Of a stretch of DNA of 64,000 bases, positions 48,801 to 58,223 are shown piece after piece. Location of the stretch: the IMG/VR virus record IMGVR_UViG_3300021964_000026, positions 1 through 64,000 of that record; one strand, 5' to 3'. The notes under the pieces were generated by a model that was not told where the DNA came from, searched no databases, and was given only the letters and a program-made list of their open reading frames with translations. The position numbers and the translations under genes are program-made. This DNA comes from a virus. Numbering within the stretch: position 1 is the first letter of the stretch; each line of letters begins with the position of its first letter.

Positions 48801-51800
48801 GTTACGCTGGTTACATCGCCCGTTCCGCTAAGGCTTGGTTGCTCCAATCGGTTTTGTCCGTTTCGGAAGTTCGCTCCAAGAATAAATGTTCCTTGCGCGA
48901 CATCGTAGTTTGAATAATACCCGTAGTAAGAATTGACTCCGTTGCTCACGCGTATCCAACCGTTTTCGGGTAGCGTCATCGGCAACGCTGTTCCTACGGA
49001 GACATGTCCGCCGCTTCCAGCGTCGGTGTAAGTGCCGAGGTCGCCAACATCAATCCAACCATAGCGGTCTTGCCGTTGCGCGTCTTGGAATGAAGGAAGG
49101 AAAGAACCACCAAGAGCCTTGAGATTTGACCGACCGGGCCATGTATTGATTGCCGCGGCAACAACTGCACCCAACTCTTCGCTGTTTTGACAGCGCGTTG
49201 CATCAATCAAGAACACATCGTCGGGAACATCAGCATCCAAGTCATGGTCGTAGTCTGTTAGCACTTGAGAACCAACCCGGAACATTGTAGCGTTGAGTCC
49301 AAGTCGGTCAATGTATTGCACCGACGCGTTTGCTGAATTGACCAGCGTGGCCGTGACAGGATGCGGTGGGTTTTTGCGCACGCTATTATCAAACCATGAC
49401 CCTCCAACCGTATAACCTCCGTCAAGGTGGAAAATCAGTTTGTCTTCACGGAAGTTGCTATGCGATGTTGGAAATCGCGCAACTGCGGTATAATGAGAAA
49501 ATGGATGACCGTATTCGTTCGCCGCGCTTTGCACCACCGAGTTTGCACCGAAAAAATGACTGCTAACATAACGCGCTTCAGTAGAAACAGTTTGATTAAA
49601 CGCGCTGTTTGGAGAACCATAAGACGGCTCCCAATGTCGGAATGTTTCGTATGGGAACACATTGTTTGCACCGTATGCATTGGTTGGTGGCAAAAATTGA
49701 TTTGCCGCGCCGTTAAGTGTTCCATTGCTCAACTCGTTAGGGAAGAAATAACCCGACTCATTGCCTTGATTGAAGGTTGTTGCCATTGCACCATCAAGTG
49801 AGCAGTATTTTTTGAACGCGGCAGTCCATTTTGCCGACGGCTCAACTGATGTCGTTATGCTCGCGCTTTCTCCACTCCAATGTTTCGGGACTGCTTGACC
49901 CGGACCGAACACCATGTAGGCTACGCTGTTGGTTGAATCCGTGTAGCGTGCGTATGGATGAGCAAACCGAAGCACGACGGGTGTTGGTTGCGCGATGTTG
50001 ACATTGGTGTAGGTGGTGTCGGGAATGGTGTGCGTGTTGTTATTGCCGTCAATGTCGGTGTTGAGAATGGCGTCTTGGTTGGCGAACGGTGGAGTCGCTT
50101 CTCCGCGATGTTGATTTGTAAGAACAGTAGCAGGGAACATAGCAAACAACGCGGTTGTGTCAAGAAGCGCGTAGGCTCCCATTTTTTCTCCGATGTCTTG
50201 TAGACCAGCACTCCCCGTTGGACCGCTTGAGTAGGGGTGTTTGTTGTGTGTGCTATAATCTACACGCGACCCATCGTTGATGTCCATAACAACACCGCTG
50301 AATCCGCCTCCAAAGTAAAGCGGCACATGGTGGTCAATGCTGTCTTGTGCGCCTCGGAAGTAAAGCAACGGGTTGCCTTTTCTGTTTGCGCGTAGACGCA
50401 ACCCTTGAATGTCATTGACGAACTTGAATCGTTGAAGGATGAGATTGGTGTCAAGTGAGTCTTTGAAATCACCTTTGCTGTCGTCGTGATGCCACGCGAG
50501 TAGATGTCGCGCTACATCAGTTGGTGCATCAATTGAACTCAACGCGGCGCAATGAATGTAAGTGTCTTCGTCAATGTCCATGCGTTTGAACGGCGACCAT
50601 GAGCCGTCAATGGTTGTGCTACCTCCGAACTCGGTTGATGAGTCTTGATTGAGATTGCTACCACCGCTGATGTGTTGCAATTGCCACGCGTATTGACGAC
50701 CAAGAACAGCAAAATGATGTGGGTCGCGCATTTCAATTTGATAGGTGTCATACGCTGTTCCACTTGGGTAGGCTAAACTTCCGCTTTGCGGGTCAAGTTC
50801 GTAAGTTGCCGCTTCAAGCGAGGGCGTGATGTGGTCGCCTTCATATCGCGTATATTTGTCGCCACGCAAATGCTTCTGCCAATCGTCAGTAGGCACAGCG
50901 TTGTTTGTTTGGTCAATGAGAATCGGTGTTGCTGTGTTTGCGTTGCTTCCTTTGTAGCGCGTAGCAATGTTGAGAAGCGTGTAAGGGATGTATCCAACTT
51001 CCTCCATTCCTTCGCCTACATCATTTCCAAGACCACCGAATTGTCCTCCCGAACTAAAAGAAGCGGAGATAGTATCGTGTTCTTGACTGCTGGCTTGCAA
51101 ACCCCAATCGCGCGATAAAGAAGCGGAAAACAATTTGTTCAACGGGATGATTTCTTTGTCGCTATTGAACTTGGTGATTTTGATAGCAGTCTGTGCGGCT
51201 TCACCCATGACTTCACCGTAAGTGCGACCGTCGGGTGCGCGCAAGTGTGAACAGTCAAAGTATTGGTCGTCTTCGTTTGGGTCTGCTGTGAAAGCGAAAG
51301 CGGTTGCCGCGGCAATCAATTCGTCAGTTACGATGGTTGTTTGGTTGAGGTGAGGACTGATAATAACAGGAGCGCGTGTGTTAGACACGCTGGTAGGTCC
51401 ACACTTGTCTTGACTGTTAAACCAAGTTGCAACCATTGAATCTGCTTCTACACCTTCAACTCCACCGAAGATGTGAGGACCGCCGCGACCGTTGTGTGTG
51501 CGCGAAGTGTATGAAAAAACGACACCAACTTTGTCGTATTGACTTCTTGATGATGGGATAGCCAGCCAAACCAACCCACTATCGGGGAAGCCCATCCAAC
51601 CCAACACATCGTCAACATCCGGCAAATGATGCCAAATACCGCCGTTGTGATAGCCGTAGCCGCTCGCGTCATGAATAGCCAACTGATTGTTTGCCATTGC
51701 TGTGTCCATTGTGACAGCGTATCCAGCGTTAGGTGTGTAGACGCCGCGCCATTTGTTGCCGCGCCAATTATAGTCTGTCGTTCCTGTGTAAAAGAACGGC

Positions 51801-54800
51801 GTTCCATCACCACCCTTGCCCCACATGTTTGCACCGATGGTGAAACCACCTTGTGCTATATCGCGGTCGTCAAAATGAATGAGCGTTTCTTCATCAATTG
51901 TGTTTGGCATAACCGAGTTGCGATGTGAAAATGATTCACCCGCGCGTCGGTAGATGTAGCGAAGAATGTGAGACTTACCACGATGGTCAACCATTTTCAA
52001 TCCGTAGAGTGGTTGAGTTCCAACTGATGCGTCGTTGACTTCTGTTGTCGGAACATACGAGTTGTATGTTTCAAAATAGGTGTCGCCTGTGGCGAGATAG
52101 TTGCCGTAAACCGAAGAAACAAAGCGTCCAGCACCCTTTCCGTCTTCACCAAAACCCCAATCGCCAGCATCGGGCGCAAAGCCGGGAACACCTGCGGCAA
52201 CGATACCGCCGAAGTTTACTCTTGCGCGTGCATAACTGCCGGTCTGTAATCCTTCACGGATGGTGAACTTTTGACCGCCGTTTTCAAACGATTCCATTGC
52301 ACCTGTGTTTGAAGCGCGTCCTGTGGTTGTTCCTGTGTTGGGTGTTTCAAACCCTTCTGCGCTGTTGAAGTTGGTGGCGTATCCGAGGTGGAGGTTGGTG
52401 AAAAACTCGTCCGAGTCTTCATCCAATGCCACATATTCGCGTAGAGTTGTGATGGGCGCAAACGGTTTGCCGTTTTTGTCAATCGGCATGGGTGCAGGGT
52501 GCATGTTTTCACCTGCAATTTCGGGTGGCGCGCAGTAGAAGTTGCGGAAACGACCACCATGCCCGATGAGGAATTGCGGTTTGTATTCTGCCTGTGCTTT
52601 GCTGTTGTCAAGCCACGCGCAAAAATTGCGGCTGGTTGCACCGGGAACGGTGCTGTGAACAACGATGCTGTATCCCTCATTGCCGTTTGCATCCTCAACA
52701 ACGCGACCTAAATGAGCGCGTAGGTATCCCATGTGAGAACCACGGTCAAATGATGTGAAGGCTGTGCGCGTGTTCCAAAACGGCGCGGGGTCATGCGTAG
52801 AGCCGGTCACGGCAAAGTCCGCGTGTTGGTGTGCGGATGTTGCGTCTGTTGGCTCTTGAGTGTCAATACCGCCTACGGAAATAGCGCGACGGTTGATGTC
52901 AAATCGTTCACCTTCACCTGCGTATTGGTCGGATGGTCGTCGTTGACTGCTACGACCGTTGAGCGCACCGCCTTGATTGATGAGACGAACAACTTCGCGA
53001 GCCGCCGCTTCAATGTCCGTGACACCTTCGCGCAACCCAATTTCACCCATGTCAATTGTGAGGCGGCGAACGAAGTCCATATCGGTCCAATGAGGTAGTT
53101 GGTTCAACCGAGCATCAACGATGGTGTTGTTTGTAGCACGCTTACCCTTCAAACAAAGGAAGGCCGAAATAACGCGTGTGCCTTCCGGTGTGTCAAAGAA
53201 AGTAGCCGAAAACTGATAGTGTCCACCGCTGTCGTCAATGATGGCCTCGGATGTGTCATGGTCAATTGTTTCGGCGTGGCGTAGAGCGGCTTTGTCAACA
53301 TCAACAGTTGACTGCGCAACGCGTCCTTGACCAAACTGCGTTGTTTCATCACCAAATGCTACGGTGTGTTCAGTTTGCCGCTTTGGTTTATTGTGTTTGG
53401 TTGCCGCAACATTGGATGTTGACATGAAGGATTCATCCATGAGCCACCACGATTTGTGTGCGTAGGCTCCTTCAACAAATTGCGACTTACCTTCGTCTTT
53501 AATGAGGTTGTAAACAACGGTGTTGATGGTTTCCGCATGCGTGCTTGATGTCGTGGCTTTGTTTTTGTCTTGCGTCTTGAATCCAGCCGCTACATCAAGA
53601 CCTTCAATCGTTGGTGTTGTTGCACTCGTTTGAACTTGCATGTGCAAGTCGTGGAACGCGATGAACTCACGGTCATGCTCTACATCGTAAAGCAACACTC
53701 GCGCGTGTGTTTCTGTGCTAAGGTAGGGGTCAAGGAACGCAACAACGGGTGCAGATGTGCTGTGTCCAAGTTCAGTCCAATTGAGTTCAATGGTTTTGTT
53801 CACATGTTGAACAAAGTTGCGAGCAGTTTCAAGACAAGTATCGCCAATAAGGAAGTTTTCAACAGGGAGAGTGTCGCGTGCTTCAACTCCAAGCGCACCC
53901 TTTCCACCATTGAAGCCCGACCATACTTCATATTCGTTGTAAACACCGCGCGATTTACAAAACATTCCCTCAATTGCGTGAGGATTGGTGTAGTGCATGT
54001 TCATCCAAACCGTATCACCGTAGCGCAATCCGCCGGGGCAGTAGGGGTTGTTCCATGTTGCGTTCGCGATACCGTCGGGTTGCTTGAGAGGTAGTTGAGT
54101 TGCGCTTGTTGCATAAATGCCAATGACGGTGAGTGTGTCCCCTGCCGCAAGACTTGGTGCGGTGCTGTCAAGAACCGGGTGAGCCACGACCTGCATTTCT
54201 CTTACCGTGGTTGTTGAGTTGTAAGTAATTTGATACTTACGACCTGTGGCTTCGTTAATAGCGGCAAACGCGTAGTTGGTTGGCAGATGTCCTTTGGGTA
54301 AATCACCTTCAAAAATAAAGGTCTGTGATGGTGAAAGCGGGTTAAGAAGAATAAGTTTGAGACGCGCACCTTTTGATTGAATGCGAGACAGATGAGGATT
54401 GGCTGTTGGTCCAGCCTTAAACTCAACCGCGCTGACATATTGGCGTAGGCCGTAGTCAAGGTTGCCTCCCTGTGTCATCACGCTTCCTCGGTCGTAGTAG
54501 AACGGTCGTCGGTATTCTTGAGCAGAAGAGTTGTAGTTGTCGTCGCCTGTAAGCGGGTATCCGTCTCCGTTTGGCAAAACACCAATGGTGATTTGAGAAC
54601 CAACATCAAGCAAAGTGAAGAAGTCGGGACTTGAATGGCTTGCGAGTCCACTCAAAGAAAAATAACTGCCGCCCGCGTATTCGTAGTAAGCCCACTCACC
54701 GTTTCCAAGCACAACTTTACGCGCGCGTCGTGTGCTAACACCTTTGACCGTCCCAGCCGCGTTGAAGTTTGAATTGGGAATGCGCCCACTTCCTTCTGCG

Positions 54801-57800
54801 ATGTAGACTCTCCTGTTGCTTCCTTGTCGGTCGTATCGCAACACCGTGGCGCGGATAGGCAGATTGTTGCTAAAACGATACTGATACTGTCCAAAGGCTT
54901 CGTAGTCGTTAGCGGCGTAGTTGGGCGCACGACGACCCACAGGTGATGGGTTCCAAGCCTGTGCTGTCATTGTTGCATCCAAATGCAACTTCATGCTGTT
55001 GTCGGGGCCGGGGAACACACCTGCGTCTCGGTCTTCAAAGAATTGTTGAGGGAAAAGGGGGATTTCAACAAGCGCGCGAGTGCTGGCGTATTGTGTTCCC
55101 AACTGATAGTCGTGTTGAACAGAACCAATGGACTGAAACAGCCGGTCGTTGACGGTTGTTCCATCCGCGCATATTGAAGAAGTTGCAAACAACGGGTCAA
55201 GCAAAACCAATTGACCTTCCTCAATTCTGCTTTTTGTGACCCAATCGGCAAACGATGCCGCTTCTTGTCCGTTAGCGAGTTTAAATGTCCCTGTTCCATG
55301 AACGAGTGTTCCGCTTGTAAAAGTGAAAGCGGTTCCGGTTTTGCTTGTGTATTCAGCACTTGCACCGTTCTGCAAATAAATACGACCGGTAGCAGGGAAG
55401 CAATAAGTCCCCCATGTTGCCAGCGATGTTCCCGCATTGTTCAATGCTTGAACCGACACGGTTCTCGCGGTGCTGTCCACTTCATTGATTTGCGCGGCAC
55501 AATCATGACGCGTATTCCATCCGATGCGCGATAATGTCGCGGGGTCCCATGTTGGTTTTGTGTTGACAGCACCTTGACCAGCACCACCGAGCGTGACCGA
55601 GACGACAGGCGCGCCCGGTTGAATCTCTTTGACGATGTGCGAATCGGGACTTCCATCACCGCTATACGCCACAGTTTGGTCGGCGACATCGGACATCATA
55701 CCCTGCCCCTCCATGATGAGGTAGCGTCCAGCACCGCTATCGTTGACTTGCATTGATGTGATACGCGCGGTAGATTGAATGTATTCAATGGTAAAGTAGG
55801 TGTTATCCGTAAAGTCCACAGTCGCGGGTGTTGCTCGCGATAACTGCATGGTGCGCTCGCGCTTTGTTGGTTGAACGATAAAGAGGTAGGAGTCGCCCTC
55901 TTTGTCGTTGTCAATGATGTCAAACATTTCAAACGCGCCGCCTTTTTGTGATGCGAACTGTTTGCTTTCTTGATAGTGAGTGGGTGATTCACCTACGGGT
56001 GGGTCGCTTGCGCCTCGTTGCATCGGTTGAAGGTGCAATTTGTGATAGGCTGACGGGTGGACTGTTGTTCCCACACCTTGTGGTGGCTTTCTTGGTTCAT
56101 CATCGGATGTGCGCGGTGTGTAGTTGCTTGGGAGGTGCGACTCATCCAATTCATCGTTGTAAGCAATACCGCCTGTGTTGTCTCCGATAAGGTGGTGCGG
56201 CTTCATAACAACCTGTGCGTTGCCTACATCGCTTGAAGAAGCAACAATCACACCACCGGGTGCGTGGATGGTCGCGTTAGCACCAACAGCGTCAGCAATG
56301 TGTTCGGCTACGCGTTTTCCGTCAATCAAAGAACCTCCATCGGGGACAGTCTTGGTGATGAGAAGGGCTGGGTTGCTCAATCCCATTTTGCCGCCGGTGA
56401 GGTCAACAGCGTTGTAGTGGATTTCAACATAACCAGCGGTGATACCCGACACTTCAAGAAGCGCGACACGAGATTCGGTTTCGGGTGTGAGGTGTGTTTT
56501 GTAGGCCGCATCGCTGGTTGAATCAACACCAATGCCGCCACCCTTCAACAAAAACGGTTGAATGTCATCAACTGAAATCGCAATGACACCCGACCGCTTT
56601 CCATCAAGCGATGACAAACCGTTATCCACCACACCGTTTGTTGTTGCTGATGTTCTAACATCCATGATTCGCGCGTTAAACGCTGTGTGTGTCAACGACA
56701 CTTTGCTGTTAATCGGCATCACCTCTTTCAGTCCGAGGTATGAGCCAGCGAAGGTCACAAGAACATCATCGGCTATACCGTCAATGGTTCGCGTGATTTC
56801 CTGTTCATGGATGGGTGGAAGCATCCGCAAAAATGGGTGTCCTTCCCTGTGAGTCAATGTGTGTCGTCCTGTGTGGCCTGTCTTGAAGCGTTCAGCGATG
56901 GTCCACGATGTCGGCGCAAAACTGTTGGTGTTGACGGCAAGAGCGCGCGAATACATGAAGCCGTGAAACTCATTCGGGCTTTCATCAATCACCATCGCAC
57001 CCGTTCGGTCAATTGCTTGACTCCCTGTGCCGAGCCGTTGAAACGGCTTTCCACTCTCGCTGTCAATCAACAAATCGGAGCGGATGAGAACCATTGCTGA
57101 ATCGTTAGCGCGATGATAAGTTGCATCGTATGCTGTGCGTGAATGAAGCACACCGCGCGAACCTGTGTCGGCTGAAACACCAAAGTCAAGGTGGATGCTG
57201 TCAACGGTGATGGTTCCGTTGGTGTTGATTTGCTTGAGACGAACGCGTTCGGGTGGGCTGTTGTTTTGCACACCTGTGAGAACATCTGTTGCTGTTGGAT
57301 TGATGAGCAGGTTGAATGGCGTGTGAGCCACGCTAATAACCTGCGCTCCCCCGCTATGCGCGGCGTTAGCAACGCGGTAGTTGCCGAGGCTTTCCAGCGT
57401 GTAGTTGCTCGCGAGCGTGTCGGACTTACCGCTTACCGTTTCGTAAAGCGTTTGACAAGCGGTGGCCCCAATGGTGATGGTGGTGTCGCCAGCAGACACA
57501 TTTGAAGTCGCGTAAAACACAGTTTCGTCAACGCTCACCGGCTCTTCAAAACGCCAAAGGCCCAGCGTGCTTGTAGAAAGCATGCATGGTTTAGCGCGCG
57601 ATTCAATTGTTGAAACATCAGCCTTCCAATGAACGGATTCAATGTAGCCGCGATACTGACCACCTTCACCACCAATGAACAGGTCTTGGTCGTTGACATT
57701 GCATGTGTAGGATTTGTTGAGTTTGTGCGACGCCATCAGTTCGCCGTTGACATACAGTTTAACCTGCTGTCCGTTGAACTCACCGGAGATGTGATACAAT

Positions 57801-58222
57801 TCTCGCTGTCCAGCGTTGTAGCCCACATCATTGCTGATGAAGGAACCCGCCGCCGTTGGATAATTGTTCGCGCTTGCGGCGATAGCGGAGGTTTTGTTGG
57901 TGAGTTGCACTTTAAACGAAGCGACACCGGGTGCATCAACGGTCCCCATTCTCAACTCAAACAGCCCTGCTTTGCTGGCAATAACACCACCGCAGTCGGG
58001 CGAAACCCAAGCCTCAACCGTGAACTGCTTGAGTGTTTGATTGTTGGCGTTGGCGAAACGATGGTTGTCGCCGTCTTGAAGAACAGGAGCAGATGAGCGC
58101 GCAACGCTACCGTTGAGTTCGCGCTTATGGCCTGTTTTGACAAAGTTGCCCTGTGGACAAACAACGCTGTCGCTTACGCCGTTGAAAAACAACGCGTGGC
58201 TTGACAGACCAATAACCGCCAC
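42893..58222 (-). CDS. Giant 5109-aa virion protein with N-terminal LamG/concanavalin A-like domain
   Basis: Uninterrupted 15.3-kb ORF; FTVEAWV...YHISGEFNGQQVKLYVNG...YRGYIESV...GLWRFEE fits LamG. Confidence 0.85.
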   Translation of the reverse strand: MAVIGLSSHALFFNGVSDSVVCPQGNFVKTGHKRELNGSVARSSAPVLQDGDNHRFANANNQTLKQFTVEAWVSPDCGGVIASKAGLFELRMGTVDAPGVASFKVQLTNKTSAIAASANNYPTAAGSFISNDVGYNAGQRELYHISGEFNGQQVKLYVNGELMASHKLNKSYTCNVNDQDLFIGGEGGQYRGYIESVHWKADVSTIESRAKPCMLSTSTLGLWRFEEPVSVDETVFYATSNVSAGDTTITIGATACQTLYETVSGKSDTLASNYTLESLGNYRVANAAHSGGAQVISVAHTPFNLLINPTATDVLTGVQNNSPPERVRLKQINTNGTITVDSIHLDFGVSADTGSRGVLHSRTAYDATYHRANDSAMVLIRSDLLIDSESGKPFQRLGTGSQAIDRTGAMVIDESPNEFHGFMYSRALAVNTNSFAPTSWTIAERFKTGHTGRHTLTHREGHPFLRMLPPIHEQEITRTIDGIADDVLVTFAGSYLGLKEVMPINSKVSLTHTAFNARIMDVRTSATTNGVVDNGLSSLDGKRSGVIAISVDDIQPFLLKGGGIGVDSTSDAAYKTHLTPETESRVALLEVSGITAGYVEIHYNAVDLTGGKMGLSNPALLITKTVPDGGSLIDGKRVAEHIADAVGANATIHAPGGVIVASSSDVGNAQVVMKPHHLIGDNTGGIAYNDELDESHLPSNYTPRTSDDEPRKPPQGVGTTVHPSAYHKLHLQPMQRGASDPPVGESPTHYQESKQFASQKGGAFEMFDIIDNDKEGDSYLFIVQPTKRERTMQLSRATPATVDFTDNTYFTIEYIQSTARITSMQVNDSGAGRYLIMEGQGMMSDVADQTVAYSGDGSPDSHIVKEIQPGAPVVSVTLGGAGQGAVNTKPTWDPATLSRIGWNTRHDCAAQINEVDSTARTVSVQALNNAGTSLATWGTYCFPATGRIYLQNGASAEYTSKTGTAFTFTSGTLVHGTGTFKLANGQEAASFADWVTKSRIEEGQLVLLDPLFATSSICADGTTVNDRLFQSIGSVQHDYQLGTQYASTRALVEIPLFPQQFFEDRDAGVFPGPDNSMKLHLDATMTAQAWNPSPVGRRAPNYAANDYEAFGQYQYRFSNNLPIRATVLRYDRQGSNRRVYIAEGSGRIPNSNFNAAGTVKGVSTRRARKVVLGNGEWAYYEYAGGSYFSLSGLASHSSPDFFTLLDVGSQITIGVLPNGDGYPLTGDDNYNSSAQEYRRPFYYDRGSVMTQGGNLDYGLRQYVSAVEFKAGPTANPHLSRIQSKGARLKLILLNPLSPSQTFIFEGDLPKGHLPTNYAFAAINEATGRKYQITYNSTTTVREMQVVAHPVLDSTAPSLAAGDTLTVIGIYATSATQLPLKQPDGIANATWNNPYCPGGLRYGDTVWMNMHYTNPHAIEGMFCKSRGVYNEYEVWSGFNGGKGALGVEARDTLPVENFLIGDTCLETARNFVQHVNKTIELNWTELGHSTSAPVVAFLDPYLSTETHARVLLYDVEHDREFIAFHDLHMQVQTSATTPTIEGLDVAAGFKTQDKNKATTSSTHAETINTVVYNLIKDEGKSQFVEGAYAHKSWWLMDESFMSTSNVAATKHNKPKRQTEHTVAFGDETTQFGQGRVAQSTVDVDKAALRHAETIDHDTSEAIIDDSGGHYQFSATFFDTPEGTRVISAFLCLKGKRATNNTIVDARLNQLPHWTDMDFVRRLTIDMGEIGLREGVTDIEAAAREVVRLINQGGALNGRSSQRRPSDQYAGEGERFDINRRAISVGGIDTQEPTDATSAHQHADFAVTGSTHDPAPFWNTRTAFTSFDRGSHMGYLRAHLGRVVEDANGNEGYSIVVHSTVPGATSRNFCAWLDNSKAQAEYKPQFLIGHGGRFRNFYCAPPEIAGENMHPAPMPIDKNGKPFAPITTLREYVALDEDSDEFFTNLHLGYATNFNSAEGFETPNTGTTTGRASNTGAMESFENGGQKFTIREGLQTGSYARARVNFGGIVAAGVPGFAPDAGDWGFGEDGKGAGRFVSSVYGNYLATGDTYFETYNSYVPTTEVNDASVGTQPLYGLKMVDHRGKSHILRYIYRRAGESFSHRNSVMPNTIDEETLIHFDDRDIAQGGFTIGANMWGKGGDGTPFFYTGTTDYNWRGNKWRGVYTPNAGYAVTMDTAMANNQLAIHDASGYGYHNGGIWHHLPDVDDVLGWMGFPDSGLVWLAIPSSRSQYDKVGVVFSYTSRTHNGRGGPHIFGGVEGVEADSMVATWFNSQDKCGPTSVSNTRAPVIISPHLNQTTIVTDELIAAATAFAFTADPNEDDQYFDCSHLRAPDGRTYGEVMGEAAQTAIKITKFNSDKEIIPLNKLFSASLSRDWGLQASSQEHDTISASFSSGGQFGGLGNDVGEGMEEVGYIPYTLLNIATRYKGSNANTATPILIDQTNNAVPTDDWQKHLRGDKYTRYEGDHITPSLEAATYELDPQSGSLAYPSGTAYDTYQIEMRDPHHFAVLGRQYAWQLQHISGGSNLNQDSSTEFGGSTTIDGSWSPFKRMDIDEDTYIHCAALSSIDAPTDVARHLLAWHHDDSKGDFKDSLDTNLILQRFKFVNDIQGLRLRANRKGNPLLYFRGAQDSIDHHVPLYFGGGFSGVVMDINDGSRVDYSTHNKHPYSSGPTGSAGLQDIGEKMGAYALLDTTALFAMFPATVLTNQHRGEATPPFANQDAILNTDIDGNNNTHTIPDTTYTNVNIAQPTPVVLRFAHPYARYTDSTNSVAYMVFGPGQAVPKHWSGESASITTSVEPSAKWTAAFKKYCSLDGAMATTFNQGNESGYFFPNELSNGTLNGAANQFLPPTNAYGANNVFPYETFRHWEPSYGSPNSAFNQTVSTEARYVSSHFFGANSVVQSAANEYGHPFSHYTAVARFPTSHSNFREDKLIFHLDGGYTVGGSWFDNSVRKNPPHPVTATLVNSANASVQYIDRLGLNATMFRVGSQVLTDYDHDLDADVPDDVFLIDATRCQNSEELGAVVAAAINTWPGRSNLKALGGSFLPSFQDAQRQDRYGWIDVGDLGTYTDAGSGGHVSVGTALPMTLPENGWIRVSNGVNSYYGYYSNYDVAQGTFILGANFRNGQNRLEQPSLSGTGDVTSVTGEGHKVFVWSKAGNLRWDNGFQNAVDGSRATGATSSGQMSNSPFDHYASTQVHFNGVVDAIDRTRAVGAVGWHGERYSYLNSLNISNKVAAGLGAWHPMLGFTPYGAATACHNPQSMEWVLRIAEGGELENGDYIWEPKTSTHNAVGMHQRHFVVISYEGDLPIIAKAARNGQQTCGDMLQLKWGGTQGGTITAYHNDRFNNDRYNAESNAGPHVEAMHDTTMTEPTDANPLWTTSAATASQLAQAETCLYPTGDLFFDKTENPNNAHYPNDNLFDSETAKTENTGYDTYSTHRDGIYAHYKGRLAARNFFAEHVVWKRMGGGNLTLPAQNARGLGSMPWQVHKVGSEYIRFGETIYGNVRFSFETTNAAMYPIIQAQELAHPALAEQYPYEVRNALNIPNEEIQFTEIIVVDDTGQQHRLTGGSPLGVVVRDYEMVHDRENEGLAPALAGSGVSPNMRIQLPNHDDIPGNILVRAGFDRLQAYQHETLGGGGLQHPSQPVSGVSQAFESDSDRPRTEPFWEQDGYEHINQNPNNFPDSNNALQSTNILETAYEPHDRALYFHITKMGYTYTEREPLRIVSNAMTLNRLTFKDKGNDYITVNESITADIWKQDPTPDGRYFLSVNGTIASFTNNTTVVIEGVTYHRFTGVVFAPDFTAKEDDAIKPSYYIPAGSTRQFAARRLRDHAEVSGNSPDKAHTDWTSLAAGTSPATLVRAANKLTPMPLPRMGHHYVMPTMAMLPGHLAHPLYQQIYQANRACFGATDYDTTKTIANPLVWFSGTTASNPPSDIHGDGFTLLTETKLRFDGYGVADDSASCNAAGGHRIQLESGTNYNTAFHFPDPAEVGAYQIVIQPNLFSKQFMGNNENTTFASTDAPEDPGGTNTTVRTLTDQLFATVVAMQDRDLILSEATMADVRGCEIYLNEVILDIDPSTREQFTNIPTLGLSNPFGVNATSSGAFTRRSLPYHPNMFHRSTPGHTVTVPWWSAALASSTIFSATAPWKGSQHYHPDDYYLFCRSTLGAVGTQTTMLGYPSHYLDVYTDYLTSLTPTATVEHGDQSNSKLYVRNNNLFPVAGADYYAQHLVIIDDSGVEQTASYEDRGYISGLSASGPVVFNSVTAITSGFWSAAVQGATVRIKSKFNNLGAGEVYNKSQASVATRNLPQLLSGTRDTNSLHLPDAYLCLWHYNLGRPMTWFSDSRTNKGDAAVDKKAYNHAPEHYEMIHYHEFTYAMSDGPFKFRMKSPSNVDGSIADTYSVAALTNQAGIDGKSRKYNLGAFWPGGHRFGAQMSSLSLYGTAAPGWRDKWDDNNIKQVSDAKGLTVANADVETTTDTIQTKATHKQAGWGYRISVRQPYNRPRWSIKANQGLRDPHIYYHFQAEGPFISSQNATTRTNVQNGSANSSTTETTKQNYVGIIERQTNASALIGSDLKFQQVRYSDGRRMTKGFGCAVRNIRNPTTALRKFHADSPTGHRAGTDADDQRVNLALAQAHYMIDWWGNTTGEEVRRFPVRGFGIRPSWDPEDAYRATDRTKVAETMFTDSNLRSAETHIHFFDPATAKRVGDRGDGRGVRYPTYFNEDILQDVSEDMRPFGLVLSHHTSEPPFMSGFLRPSNVQLESHEVARGISAKLELAGDDGLLKREANVGTNVEKSNFTFMQEPIAKSKPRIGIDGMSVVENDGQMSPRYVVASTEANSVHTDRQVGQRFILAGGVSTANRAVDNLNLHTLNLSSAKQVLKFGTTHGIPPLGGTYIMEVSSDGEAISDLNWGASSGVTTNPYQTSNHDSTSYRTNTKDTTIKFLVRPVRVLDNQHIELFRDDTTHVLSATAAGRYGVFVYDTPNARAADAASSYMRNSNPAPSNPPYAPVYLFDLTTSTSDPTSNGPQIPGSEASDFTTLATQPVARMIVTNNTLQHFRGDAARRQSVNEGQDTFVRLDYTVQPRYTQSLYAGDKLNTSNHSSEGDRTDNGVGA

Positions 58223-58223
58223 T

